Positions 1 through 13,300 of a stretch of 64,000 bases of DNA are shown here, piece after piece. The notes below the pieces were generated by a model, which saw only the letters and a program-made list of their open reading frames with translations, made no database searches and was not told the origin of the DNA. The stretch covers positions 20,088,001 through 20,152,000 of the forward strand of contig NC_073383.1 in the NCBI RefSeq assembly GCF_028641065.1, written 5' to 3'. Source of the stretch: Leucoraja erinacea. Its lineage: Eukaryota. Position 1 is the first letter of the stretch, and the number at the start of each line of letters is the position of its first letter. Both the position numbers and the translations under genes were made by a program.

Positions 1-834
1 AGTAATCGGATCCCATTGGATGTGACGAAAATGTTGGAGGATTATGTGCTGTATGCGAGGCCTGATGGGGTGGAAGGTGAGGACAAGGGGGACTCTGTCT
101 TTGTTACGGATGGGGGGAGGAAGAGCAAGGGCGGAGCTGCGGGATATCGAGGAGATCCTAGTGAGAGCCTCATCTATAATGGTAGAGTGGAACCCCTGTT
201 ACCTAAAGAATGAGGACATCTCTGATGACCTGCTATGGAACACCTCATCCTGGGCGCAGATGCGGCGTAGACGGAGGAATTGAGAGTAGGAATAGTCTTT
301 ACAGGAAGCAGGGTGGTAAGAAGTTTAGTCTAAATAGCTGTGGGAGTCAGTGAGTTTGTAATAGATGTCAGTTGATAGTCTGTCTCCTGTGATGGAGACG
401 GTGAGATCTAGAAATGGTAGAGAAATGTCGGAGATGGTCCAAGCGAATTTGAGTGCAGAATGGAAACTAGTCATTAAGATTATGAAGTCAGTAAGTTCTG
501 CATGGGTGCAGGACGTAGCACCGATGCAGTTGTCAATGTAGCGCAGGTAGGGTTCTGGGATAGAGCCAGTGTACGCCTGCAACAGTGATTGTTCGACGTA
601 CCCTGCAAAGAGGCAGGCACAGCTGGGGCCCATGCGAGTGCCCACAGCTACGCCTTGCATTTGAAGGAAGTGGGAGGAGTCGAAGGAGAAGTTGTTAAGG
701 GTCAGGACCAGCTCTGCTAGGCGGACGAGAGTGTTAGTACCTGTAGATGGAAATTAGCTGGTTCTGCGGTCGAGGAAGAAATGGTGGGCTTTAAGACCTT
801 TCTGGTGCGGCATGGAGGTGGAGAGTGACTGAGC
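1..834 (-). mobile_element. Penelope-like retroelement RT fragment (degenerate, runs off window start)
   Basis: Minus strand reads QSLSTSMPHQKGL...ELVLTLNNFSFDSSHFLQMQGVAVGTRMGP...YLRYIDN...LPFLDL...TDIYYKLTDSHSYLD...YSQFLRLRRIC, which are PLE RT motifs. Stops and a frameshift present. Confidence 0.85.
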
Positions 835-1035
835 ATCTTATTACTCTTTGTTCTTTGTATTAAAATATCCCAAATATTCTGGGGTATGCTCTTAGTAAGA
901 AGAATTGAAGTTATAATCACTTTGAAGTGATATGTTTTGTGATTATGCATATGAACATATGCTTTTTGTCTCATCTTCGTTACTTCTTATGAATATCTTC
1001 TAAATGTATTCTTCATGGCATCTTGATTTTTATAG

Positions 1036-1317
1036 AACCACCATCATTTTCACGGAAGCTAGAGCCATCAAAATTATTGAAAAGTGGTGACTCGGCTCGG
1101 TTTGAATGTGAAGTAACTGGCACACCTGAAATTAAAGTGACATGGTATATGAAAGACAAGCAGATTCATCCCAGTGACAAATACCGAATGTCATTTGTTA
1201 ACTGTGTGTCAGTTCTTGAAATTCTTGATGGTGTTGTGGAAGACAGTGGTGAATACACCTGTGAAGCTAAGAATGAAGTTGGTAGTGAGAGTTGCAGTGT
1301 TACTGTAACTGTTAAAG
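1036..1317 (+). CDS. TTN: TTN Ig exon A1 (282 nt)
   Basis: tag|AACCA...AAAG|gtc; EPPSFSRKLEPSKLLK. Confidence 0.93.
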
Positions 1318-4300
1318 GTCTGTGAAAATACCACATAATTTTGTACTCTGTTTACATTCACAAGATATTTGTGGAGCTTATATATTTGGGTCTAGAGGTC
1401 AAATTACATTTTTAGATTGAATTTATTATTTGTTCTTTTGCAGAACCACCATCATTCATTAAAGGACTTGAATCTCTTGAGGTGATTAAAGCCTCTGATA
1501 TTATTCTTGAATGTGAGGTGGCTGGTACAGCCCCCTTTGAAATTTCTTGGTATAAAGACATGAAACAAATTAGGCCCAGCAAAAAGTACAAGACAATCTG
1601 TCAAAACTCTTTAGTTAGTTTGCATATTCTTAAATTTGATACCGTGGACGTTGGTGAATATCAATGCAAGGTATCAAATGAAGTTGGAGGTTGTTCATGC
1701 AGTTCTACAATGACTCTGAAAGGTTAGTGAAGCAAGAGTTCATTTTCCATTATATTACAATAAAACTAATTTTGTTTTTCCTATTTAAAAATTGACTTTG
1801 CACTGACTATTTAGAGAGTCTTATATTTTAAATGCTTCGTTTTAAAAACAGAACCGCCATCGTTTTTCAAGAAGATTGACAATATTACAGTACTTTTGGG
1901 AATGCCTGCTATGTTTCAAAGTACTGTGAAAGGTTCAAGCCCAATTTCCATTTCCTGGCAAAAAGATAAAGATGATATTACTGAAGATACTAATACTAAA
2001 ATATCTTTTGAAAAAGATATAGCAACACTGCAGATTACTACGGTAGAAAAACATCATGATGGAAAGTTTGTTTGTCAGGCAAAGAATGATGCTGGAATCA
2101 CAAAGTGTTTTGCAAATTTAACTGTGAAAGGTTAGTTTAAAGAATGCTATCCTCAGTGTTAATAATTCAGCTATTTCTAAAAATTAACAGCTTGCAGTGT
2201 TCTGAGTTATTTTAATTTTTGGAATGATGTTGTAAGACATTGAAAACAAATAATATAATTTTTAGAATGGTTAAACTATAAAGAAAGTCTTTGAAAAAGT
2301 AAATTTAGGGCTAGAGTGCTGAATGCATAAAACTTTGGGGATTTGAGGCAAGAAACATCGAAACATAGAAATTAGGTGCAGGAGTAGGCCCTTCGGCCCT
2401 TCGAGCCTGCACCGCCATTCAATATGATCATGGCTGATCATCCAACTCAGTATCCCGTACCTGCCTTCTCTCCATACCCCCTGATCCCCTTAGCCACAAG
2501 GGCCACATCTAACTCCCTCTTAAATATAGCCAATGAACTGGCCTCAACTACCCTCTGTGGCAGAGAGTTCCAGAGATTCACCACTCTCTGTGTGAAAAAA
2601 GTTCTTCTCATCTCAGTTTTAAAGGATTTCCCCCTTATCCTTAAGCTGTGACCCCTTGTCCTGGACTTCCCCAACATCAGGAACAATCTTCCTGCATCTA
2701 GCCTGTCCAACCCCTTAAGAATTTTGTAAGTTTCTATACGATCCCCTCTCAATCTCCTAAATTCTAGAGAGTATAAACCAAGTCTATCCAGTCTTTCTTC
2801 ATAAGACAGTCCTGACATCCCAGGAATCAGTCTGGTGAACCTTCTCTGCACTCCCTCTATGGCAATAATGTCCTTCCTCAGATTTGGAGACCAAAACTGT
2901 ACGCAATACTCCAGGTGTGGTCTCACCAAGACCCTGTACAACTGCAGTAGAACCTCCCTGCTCCTATACTCAAATCCTTTTGCAATGAAAGCTAACATAC
3001 CATTTGCTTTCGTCACTGCCTGCTGCACCTGCATGCCTACTTTCAATGACTGGTGTACCATGACACCAAGGTCTCGCTGCATCTCCCCCTTTCCCAACCT
3101 GCCACCCATTAGATGATAGTCTGCTTTCCCGTTTTTGCCACCAAAATGGATAACCTCACATTTATCCACATTATACTGCATCTGCCAGACATTTGCCCAC
3201 TCACCCAGCCTATCCAAGTCACCTTGCAGTCTCCTAGCATCCTCCTCACAGCTAACACTGCCCCCCAGCTTAGTGTCATCCACAAACTTGGAGATATTGC
3301 CTTCAATTTCCTCATCCAGATCATTAAAATATATTGTAAATAGCTGGGGTCCCAGCACTGAGCCTTGTGGTACCCCACTAGTCATTGCCTGCCATTGTGA
3401 AAAGGACCCATTTACTCCTACTCTTTGCAAAAGGAAAATATATGCTATTAGTTGTTGAAGTCATACATTGCTGGATGATTTGCACTAGGGTTTCATGTTG
3501 CAAGGGCATTTGAAATTATTTGATTTATGGTAGTGACATGAAGTTTAACCTTGGGTCAGAAAGGGATTATTCAATTAAAACTATTAACTTACTTGCAAGC
3601 AGTAAATTACTCAGAGATTTCAAAATGGTAGTTTTATTTCCTTCAAAAACTCCATTAATCTAATCTTTCTTTCAATCTATTTTTTAAATTATTTAATGTG
3701 TCCTTCCTTCATTCTGTTTCTTTCAATGTTGTTCCCTTTATTTCTTTATCAACCCTTATCTTTAAGTAGTATTTTAATAAGGCCACAGGTCAATGCTCAA
3801 AATGCCATATAACTTTCATATTACCATAATGGCATATAACATCCTAAAGGGTGTGAAAACAACTATTTTTTGTGTCTAACCTCTCTCACTATGAATACCC
3901 TTGCAGCCTATGGCTGTTTATCATAGTCCAATGGTTTGGAACAATTTTTAAATATATTTGAGAGTAAGTAATATTTAAAAAATAGTTAATTAGATTTAAT
4001 TATTTTAAAATGTAAAACAAAACTTAAAAACTGTAGGGCACTTAAAAACATTAAAGTAAAATGAAATTAAATAATTCATACATTTTTATTTAATTTAATT
4101 ATTTTAAATGTGTGTATTCAAAGAAATGAATTCTCCCTTGCACATTAACCAACTCCAACATAGAACTGAGGGAATAGTTACAAAATGCTGCTCTCCTTCC
4201 TCCACACCATTGCTTTGCCACAGGACTTGATAGAAAGCCTAGAATGGAGAAAGTTTAGATAGGTTGGTATGTATTTTGCAAAGCAGGTGGGAAAGTCTCA

Positions 4301-7300
4301 AACAAAGTGGGTCGCTAACAGTTGATGTGTATTGGCTCCCAACAACTTCAAGTCAATTCAGTTTGACACGATAAACGGAAACAACATTTGTTTGTCCATA
4401 TCTTCTGAACACAGGGAGGCTTGGATAAGCACTATAGCCTTTACAAAGATTGTCGAAGTGTGATTTTTTTTTAAATTAGTTCCATATTTCAGCTCGTGGC
4501 AGGAAAATTAATGGTCTTCTATTGTTTCTTATATTCTTGCTCTAATATGATTTTTTTATTGTCACAGAACCTGCAAGTATAATAGAAAAAGCAGACTCTA
4601 TTAGTGTAACTGCAGGAGAGCCAGCAACACTGGACTGCACTTTTACAGGAACACCAGAAATTAAAGCCAGATGGTTTAAGAATGGCACAGAGTTGATTAC
4701 TGGGAGAAAATACAAACTCAGCATTACAAATAAGGTTACTAGTTTAAAGATTCCATTCGCTGAGAAAGAGGATAGTGGTGAATATGCCTGTGAGGTCCAG
4801 AATGACGTTGGTAACAGCAGATGCAAAGCTTCCATTACAGTATTAGGTTGGTATTTTTACCCTTCCATTTCATTGCACATTGAAATAATTAAAAGAGTCT
4901 GCAAAGAATTTGGAAGAAATAATAATCTTTGATTTCCCACCATGTGTTGGACAGATCGCATAGTTCCACCAATATTCAAAAGAAACTTAAAAAATGTGGA
5001 TGGCATCAAATCTTCTTTTATTAAGATGGAATGCAAAATCACTGGTTCTCTTCCAATGAGTGTGCTTTGGTATAAGGACAATGAAGAATTATCAGCTACC
5101 GAAAAATATAAATTTTCTTACCATGATAACATTGCACAGTTGGAGATCCATCAATTAGAGATGACAGATGGTGGAACATACACTTGCAGAGCAACAAATG
5201 CTGCTGGAACTGATCAGAGCATTGGTGCCTTAACAGTGAAAGGTTTGAAATGTTGCAATCAATATCTTAATTGCTTCAAAATTAACAAGTTTGTCTAATA
5301 ACCTTCATCTGATTGACTAATAACCTTCAGTTATCCAAAACAGTACTTGTCATTCATTTAATTTAGTGTTTTAACAAACATGTTGAGAATGCATGTATTA
5401 CACATACCCATTTATTCTTATGCCACTCTTGGTATAACATTTCCATTTTCATAAAAAGTATTTTATTTTATTATATTGTGATAATGACTAGTTTTCCTCT
5501 GGAATTTTTAGAACAACCATATTTCACTGTGAAGCCTTTGTCTCAGGATGTTGTACCTGGTTCCAAAGTACAGTTAAGGAGTGCTATTAGTGGAACTCCA
5601 CCAATAACCATCAAATGGTTCAAGGACAAAAAGGAGTTGGTGCCGAGTAATTCACTTTACATTTCAAAAGAAGGTTCAACAAGTCTGCTCCAATTCCATT
5701 CAGCAAAAGTCGCTGATACTGGTGAATACACTTGCCGAGTCAGCAATGAAGTTGGCACTGAATCGTGCGTGGCAAGTCTTTTTGTCAAAGGTGTGGAATA
5801 TCTATTGATTCTTTGTAGCGATGTAAATGGTTTCATTTCATTGTTTCTTTTGAACAAATAACTTTGTGAAGATTCCTCTTTTTTTCAATTTATACTTATC
5901 CAGACTGCGTTCTATTCAGCCTGAATCTTCGTTCCACATTAATACTAATAGCTGTGTCTTACTTTATTAGACTGATGAACCATTTATATTTTTCTACCTT
6001 TTGTTGTTTATGTCTTTATGTAAACTGAGGCAATGGCATGCCCCATAATCTTTGTTTTTAATTGGAAATTTGAATTTGCTTTATATAAATTCAGGACTTT
6101 ATGGCCAAACTAATGGGCCTGTCCCACTTGGACGACTTTTTAGGTGACTGCTGGAGACTATGCAGTCGCAAAAATGGTCGCCACATGTTCGCGGGTGGTT
6201 GCCGGGGAGATGCCTTCATGGTCGTGAGGAGTTCCCGCATTCTGGGAACTAGTCGCGGCCTCATTATTGGTCGCTGTGAATTTCTCAACATGTTGAAAAA
6301 TTAGCAGCGACTAGAATGAAGCCGCCAGGAGGTCCTAGTGGGTTGCCAGGTGGTCGAAAGTCCTCGTAGGTTCGTGTAGGATGTAGCCGTTGCTGACCGG
6401 TGAATTTAATTGGCTCATTGGGGAAAAAAAACGTTAGCAGTAGTTTTCAGAACCAAGGATAACCGACCGGTAATGTTAAATGTCCGCCGAACTTCACAGC
6501 CGTGTGTCTCTGGCTTCTTAAAAGTTGTCTGACTTCTTTAAAGTTGTCTCCTTCTTCTCCCTTCGCCTCTCCCCACCCTTTGACCTCTTTTTAATGACTT
6601 ACCATACACTGTGCTTTAGCCATCTTAATTACAACACCAACCTTCCTTTTCATCGCGGTGTGTGTCTGTATCACCTTGGCTTTGGACCGTGTGAATTTTA
6701 GACAAAGCTCCCCCTGCTTGCCCTGTCCCCTGCCTTCGATGTGTTTGTGTTCCACTCTGACAGTCGCCGGCAGTCGCCTGAAAAATCGCCCATTAGGAGC
6801 TTGCACCATATGCTGCCTTTGAAATCTGCAAATTCAATATCTATTTATATTTTTCATCTTCAACTTTTTTTTATGTGAGCAAGTCAATGGAAAGCAGTCA
6901 GGAATATTTTATTTTTACAATTATTCTCTTGCTAGATAACAATTGTGCACTTCAATTATGTAAAAAATAAACCTTGCGCACATGCTATGGAACAAGATAA
7001 ACGTAAAGATTGTTTAGTGTCAAGTTCTTTAGTTAGAAAATCATTCCTTCTTGCAATTTTACTTCTATAATTAAATGTATATTTGAGTACACGGTGCTGA
7101 CCAATTCAATGCAGCATGAACAAAGACGTATAATTCACAGAACATTAAAGTTAAGATAGTAGAATTATCACAAAAGAAAACGTCATGAGAGGCAGTCCAT
7201 AAATGGGCATGATTTGATAGTGAGGCCGCAACTTGGGTTAACTGTTTTGCCCAATTTCTACTGCAGAGGTGCCATTCCAATCTTAATGGTACCAAGTCAT

Positions 7301-10300
7301 CCCTGTCGCATTGTATGTTCAGGAGGGTTTGCTGCTGTGTCTTTCCTTTGTTTTCTCACTCTTGTCTTTTTAAGAATTAAGGAGATATTCCCCTGAAATT
7401 AAGCAGAATAGTGTGACTCATATAAATTCATTTCAACAGATTATGCTCAAACCTTTGTTACAGTACTAACCTCAACAAACTCCTCTGGCAGCTTGTTCCA
7501 CCAGGTTCCTATTAAATCTTTCCGCTTTCACCTTAAACCTATGTCCTCTGGTGTTTGATTCCTCTACTCAAGGTAAAAGACTCCATGCATTCACCATAAC
7601 TTTTCCCCTCATGATTTTATATACCTATACGATTACCCCTCAGCCTCCTACACTTTGAGGAATAAAGTCCTAGACTGCCCAACCTCTCCCTATAGCTCAG
7701 GTTGTCAAGTCCTGGAAATATCCTGGTAAATCTTCTCTGCACTCTTAACATCCTTCCTATAACAAGTTGACCAGAACTGAACACAATACTCCAATGCGGC
7801 CTCACCAAGGTGTTGTTAGAAACATAGAAACATAGAAATTAGGTGCAGGAGTAGGCCATTCGGCCCTTCGAGCGTGCACCGCCATTCAATATGATCATGG
7901 CTGATCATCCAACTCAGTATCCCGTACCTGCCTTCTCTCCATACCTCCTGATCCCCTTAGCCACAAGGGCCACATCTAACTCCCTCTTAAATATAGCCAA
8001 TGAACTGGCCTCGACTACCTTCTGTGGCAGAGAGTTCCAGAGATTCACCACTCTCTGTGTGAAAAAGTTCTTCTCATCTCGGTTTTAAAGGATCTTATCT
8101 TGCACCCTTGTCCTGGACTTCCCTAACATCGGGAACAATCTTCCTGCATCTAGCCTGTCCAACCCCTTAAGAATTTTGTAAGTTTCTATAACATCCCCAA
8201 TCAATCTCTAAATTCTAGAGAGTATAAACCAAGTTCAGTTTTGTTCAACTGTAACAAAACATCTCAACTTCTATAATCAATATCCTGACTGAAGAAAGCC
8301 AATAAACCAAAAAGCAATCTTGACCATCCTATAAACCTGATGCTATTTTCCTAGATCTCTTTGCTCTACAACACTCCACAGGGCCCCACAATTCACCATG
8401 ATGGTCTTTCCCTGTTTGACCTCCCAAAATGCAAATGGCCTCCATTAAACTCTATTAGCTATTCCTCAACCCACTTGCCCAGCTGTCATTGTTTGAAAAT
8501 CATGATGTGAAAACCATGATAATCATGATAAGTGAAGATTAGTGCTGCATATCATTTGTGGAGATTAGGCACAGAGCTAAGATTTTGATATGGATGGATA
8601 GGACTCGAGGAAAACCATTTCCAAACTTTCCAAACCATTTTTAGCTTGTGATGTGTCATGTTTCAGTGGTCTTTACATGTGTTAGTGAATTGCATTTCAT
8701 GTCGTTTAAAATGTGAATCATAAATCAATGACAGATGACACATTTTCTACATGATCTTAATGATAATGCTTTTGTCATGCTAATCAACTATATTATTCCA
8801 ACGTATTTATTGAGTTTACATAAAATCTTTTGTTTTATTTTCTCATTAATTTCATTGCATTTTGGTTTATAGAGCCTCCGAGCTTCATTAAGAAACCAGA
8901 TCGTATAACATTATTGAAAAAAGGAAGTTCAACATCTCTAGAGTGTACGATAACTGGTACACCGGAGATTAAAGTAAATTGGTACAAGCAAGAAAGTGAA
9001 ATTCTCCCAAGTGACAAATTCAGGATGTCCTTTGTTGATTCAAAATCTGTTCTTGAACTTAATAATGTCAGTGTGGAAGACAGTGGATATTACACTTGTA
9101 GAGCAGAGAATGAAGCTGGCTTTGACAACTGCAATGTTACAGTTACTGTTAAAGGTGCGTGATCATAAAATGTAATGATAGATTTTGAAAACTAAATTTC
9201 CAGTGATATGTATTATCTGATCAGGTACCTTAATTATTTTCCTTTCTTTTTAAAAAAAAGAACCTCCTTCTTTTAGCAAGAAACTGCAACCTATTGAGGT
9301 AGTGAAAGGAAATGACATCAGTCTTGAATGTGACATTTCTGGTACAAGTCCATTTGATGTGACTTGGTATAAGGACAATAAACAAATTCAGTCAAGTATA
9401 AAATTCAAGATGACGACTGGAAAATCTTTATCTAGTCTTTTTATTCAGAAAGTTGATCATTCAGATGCTGGTGAATACCAGTGTGAAGCAACAAACGACG
9501 TGGGAAGTTGTACTTGTGCTGCTGTAGTCAGATTAAAAGGTCAGTTATTAAATGCCAGACATTTTATATTTTCATATTTTTAATATATCCATTTTGGATT
9601 TCATTGCTACTTGATTTTATGGCTGTAACATGCAAAGTTTCTGAGAGTCTGATTCTTTCATCGAATTAACACAATTCTTAACTCTAAATCAGAACCACCC
9701 TACTTTGTGAAAGGGATTGAAAATGTTACCACATTGTCTGGAAATTCAGCCAGTTTTAACAGCCAAATAAAAGGCTCAACTCCCATACATGTCACATGGA
9801 TGAAGGACAAAGATGAAATCAGAGAAGATGAAAATATTAAGATATCTTTTGAGAACAGTATTGCCGTACTGCACATTGCTTCTATTGAATCAAATCATAG
9901 TGGAAAGTACACATGTCAGGCTTCGAATGATGCAGGAACTGAGAAGTGTTTTGCAACTTTGTCAGTAACAGGTTGGTATAATGCACTTGACCTTTGTAAA
10001 TTTCAGTCATGTATGATGAGTGCAAGAGAAAAATGATTTTTTTTACATCATCAATTGAGAATGTATGGTTTTTCTTGCAGAACCTGCAAAAATTGTAGAG
10101 ATACCAGAGCCTTTAAGTGTAACCTCAGGAACAATGGCAATCTTGGAATGTGTTGTTGCTGGTACTCCAGAACTGAAGGTTCGATGGTTCAAGAATCAAA
10201 ATGAATTGGCATCCAGCAGGAAATATAAAGTGACTTTCTTGAATAAGGTGGCAGTCCTAAAGATACAGTCTGTTGATAAGGATGATAGTGGGGATTATGC

Positions 10301-13300
10301 TTTTGAAGTACAGAATGAGTTCGGACACAGCAGCTGCACAACTTCATTGACAGTGCTAGGTTGGTGATTTTCTATGTGTTGAAATTATTGATAGTACATT
10401 TTTATAATAGCAGCTGAAAGGGTTCAATATAATTTTAAGAGTCTAAGAAGATTATACTTTAAATACTTTTAAATCAAATTTATGTGTTCAACTTATATTG
10501 TCTTCTGAATCCACACAAAATGTATAACCAAAATCCTAATTTTAACGGATTTCGGTTATAGAGCACAGACCCCTGACTCGCATCACCTACCCAGCCGCCT
10601 AGAGCACAGGTTTCCGAGGGTCCTTGTCCGACGTAAGCCCTTCTTCGCCCACCCCGTGGTCCGGGTTATACTGCTGTTGTTGTGGCTCATGTAGCCCTGG
10701 GAACCATGCATTCTTCAGTCCGCCGCCACCTACAGGATGCGCTCGTTCACCATGGGGCTCACTCCCCTCTCACCTGCAGCTGCTTCTTCCATTTGGCGTT
10801 GGCTTTGTCCACTCCCTGCACAACCGCTGCTTCCTACTCCCATCGCTCTTACTCGGCCTCTCCGTAACACCTCCCCCCCCACTCTGGACCTCCGTCTCCT
10901 CCTCCCTTGAAGTCGCTGACAGACTCCACATTAGAAGCATTTATTGAGCTTTTATTGTCATTGGCAGCAGCCTGGAGAGAGAGCTGCACCCAGGGGCTAC
11001 AACATGAGCCACAATGAACTGTTGAAGAAGGGCCTGCTGGTGTAGAATAGTAGTATCGGCACCTAGTTTTAAGGTGAAGCGACACAAAGTGCTGGAGTAA
11101 CTCAGTAGACTGAATCTGTCTGAAGAAGGGTCTTGATATCACCTATCTGTGATCTCCAGCGAAGCTGCGTGACCTGCTGAATTACTCCAGCACTTTGTGT
11201 GCTTTTGTGTATTAACCATCATCTGCAGTTCTTTGTTTCAACTACATATAATTATAACACCTTGCTCGATTATGACGGAGAATTGGCAATATTGGACTTC
11301 ACCCCCCCCTCCCGATGGTCCGTTCCAGAGAAGGTTTACTGTGTATATAATGATCAGTACTGTCACAATTGTGCTCATCATTCAAGTGTTATTGAGTGGA
11401 GCATTTTTACCACCTCTCCTGCTCAATAGCTTATGGTATTCCATCGAATTACCAGTGTATCATGAGATCGGAAATTACATTACATCAGTTGACACACATT
11501 TAGGTCGCACTTCCACCTCTTACATTGTAATTCTGTTACCATCCAGTTTCTGATCGGGGGGATAACTCAAAAATCTTACAATGGATGTTTCAAGATTTTT
11601 ATTTTGTTCTGTGTTATACAGATCGGATAATTGCTCCATCTTTTACAAAAAGTTTAAAGAAAATGGATACTAATTTGGGATCCTTAATGCACATGGAGTG
11701 CAAAGTATCTGGTTCTCTTCCAATCAGCATATCTTGGTATAAAGATAACACAGAAATAATGACTAGTCACAAATATAACATTTCATTTGAAGAAAATGCT
11801 GCGTTTTTGGAGATCAAAGAACTTGAAATCACTGATGGTGGAAATTACTCTTGCAAAGCAACAAATGCTGCTGGAAGTAGTAAATGCAGTGGATTTCTAA
11901 CTGTAAAAGGTTTGAAGATACCCTTATTTTAATCAACTTCTGTGCTAATTTTTTTTGTTAAAATAGGCTGAAATTTGTTGGCTAAAAGCAGAGGCCCAGA
12001 ATCACTGCATTTATCTGTTTAAATGATCTGGACTCCATATAAACACAGGACCTGAGACTGTTAATTTCAATGGGCTTTGAAAGGCAATTTGCATTAGAAG
12101 GCAAATTGGCTGAGTTACTTGATTACTTAATGTTAGCTTAATACCTTTATTATCTCCCAGATATCTTTTAATTGTTTTCTTTTTTTAATTTATTTTATTA
12201 TTTCTGTAAACAGCTCAAAACTATTTAAGTCATTCGTGACCTTTACTGATGGCAGAGCTGTAGAGTGGGCTTTTGCTGCCTTTTCATGAATCATTGGCAG
12301 CTTTGCTATCATCCAAACCATGCCAGTGGAGTCTCGGATGCATCAGGCCAGCAAGTTATGTATTCCACATCCAGACAAATTAGTATGGATATGCAGTGAA
12401 ACCTGGGTGGGGGAATCAGATCTGCGATATTTCTCCCAATATTGTCCACTTCTTTGTTTTCTTTTCAATATAGATAAATTATACATATTTCAACTTCCTA
12501 AGATATTTTGACTTTGTGTTGAGTAACAAAGTGTTAGAGCAGTATAACTAATTTTAGAAGTATTAGTATTTTTACTTCTGTTTATCTTACTAAATAACAT
12601 TTTTTTAAATGACTTTTAGAACCACCGATCTTTATAGAAAAACCAGTGTCCCAAGATATTGTGCTTGGTTCTACGCTACAGTTTAAAAGCATTGTGAAAG
12701 GAACTCTTCCACTATTTGTTAAGTGGTTTAAGGATAATAGGGAATTGAAACCTGGCACAAGATGTTCGATCTGGAATGAAGAAACAACACACTTCTTTGA
12801 GCTAATTTCTACCAAAATTACTGATGCCGGTGTTTACAACTGTCAACTCGCCAATGAAGCTGGTTCAGTCATTAGTACTGCAAATGTATTCATCAAAGGT
12901 TTGCAATTTTTGTTAATTTCATTAGTAAATAAGTTCTGTGTTACATTTTTAACGCTGTTATTGATCCTTAGCTTTCTTACACTCAAAGATGAGTAACGTT
13001 TACCAGAAGGTGATTCCATAACCTTTGTCTACTTTATTTGACTTCGTAGTTCCACTATTCAAGTGTGCTACCTTTCATTTCTCAGAGCCTCCGATCTTTG
13101 TTACAAAATTACCTTCTTCATCAACTCTGAAGCAAGGAGAATTTGCACGTTTTGAGTGCAAAATTACTGGTTCACCTGAAATCACAGTAACATGGTATAG
13201 AAATAACCAAGATATTAGAACCAGTGACAAATATTCAATATCATTCCAAAACTCATTGGCAGTTCTTGAGATTGCTGATGTAAAGGAGGAAGATAGTGGA

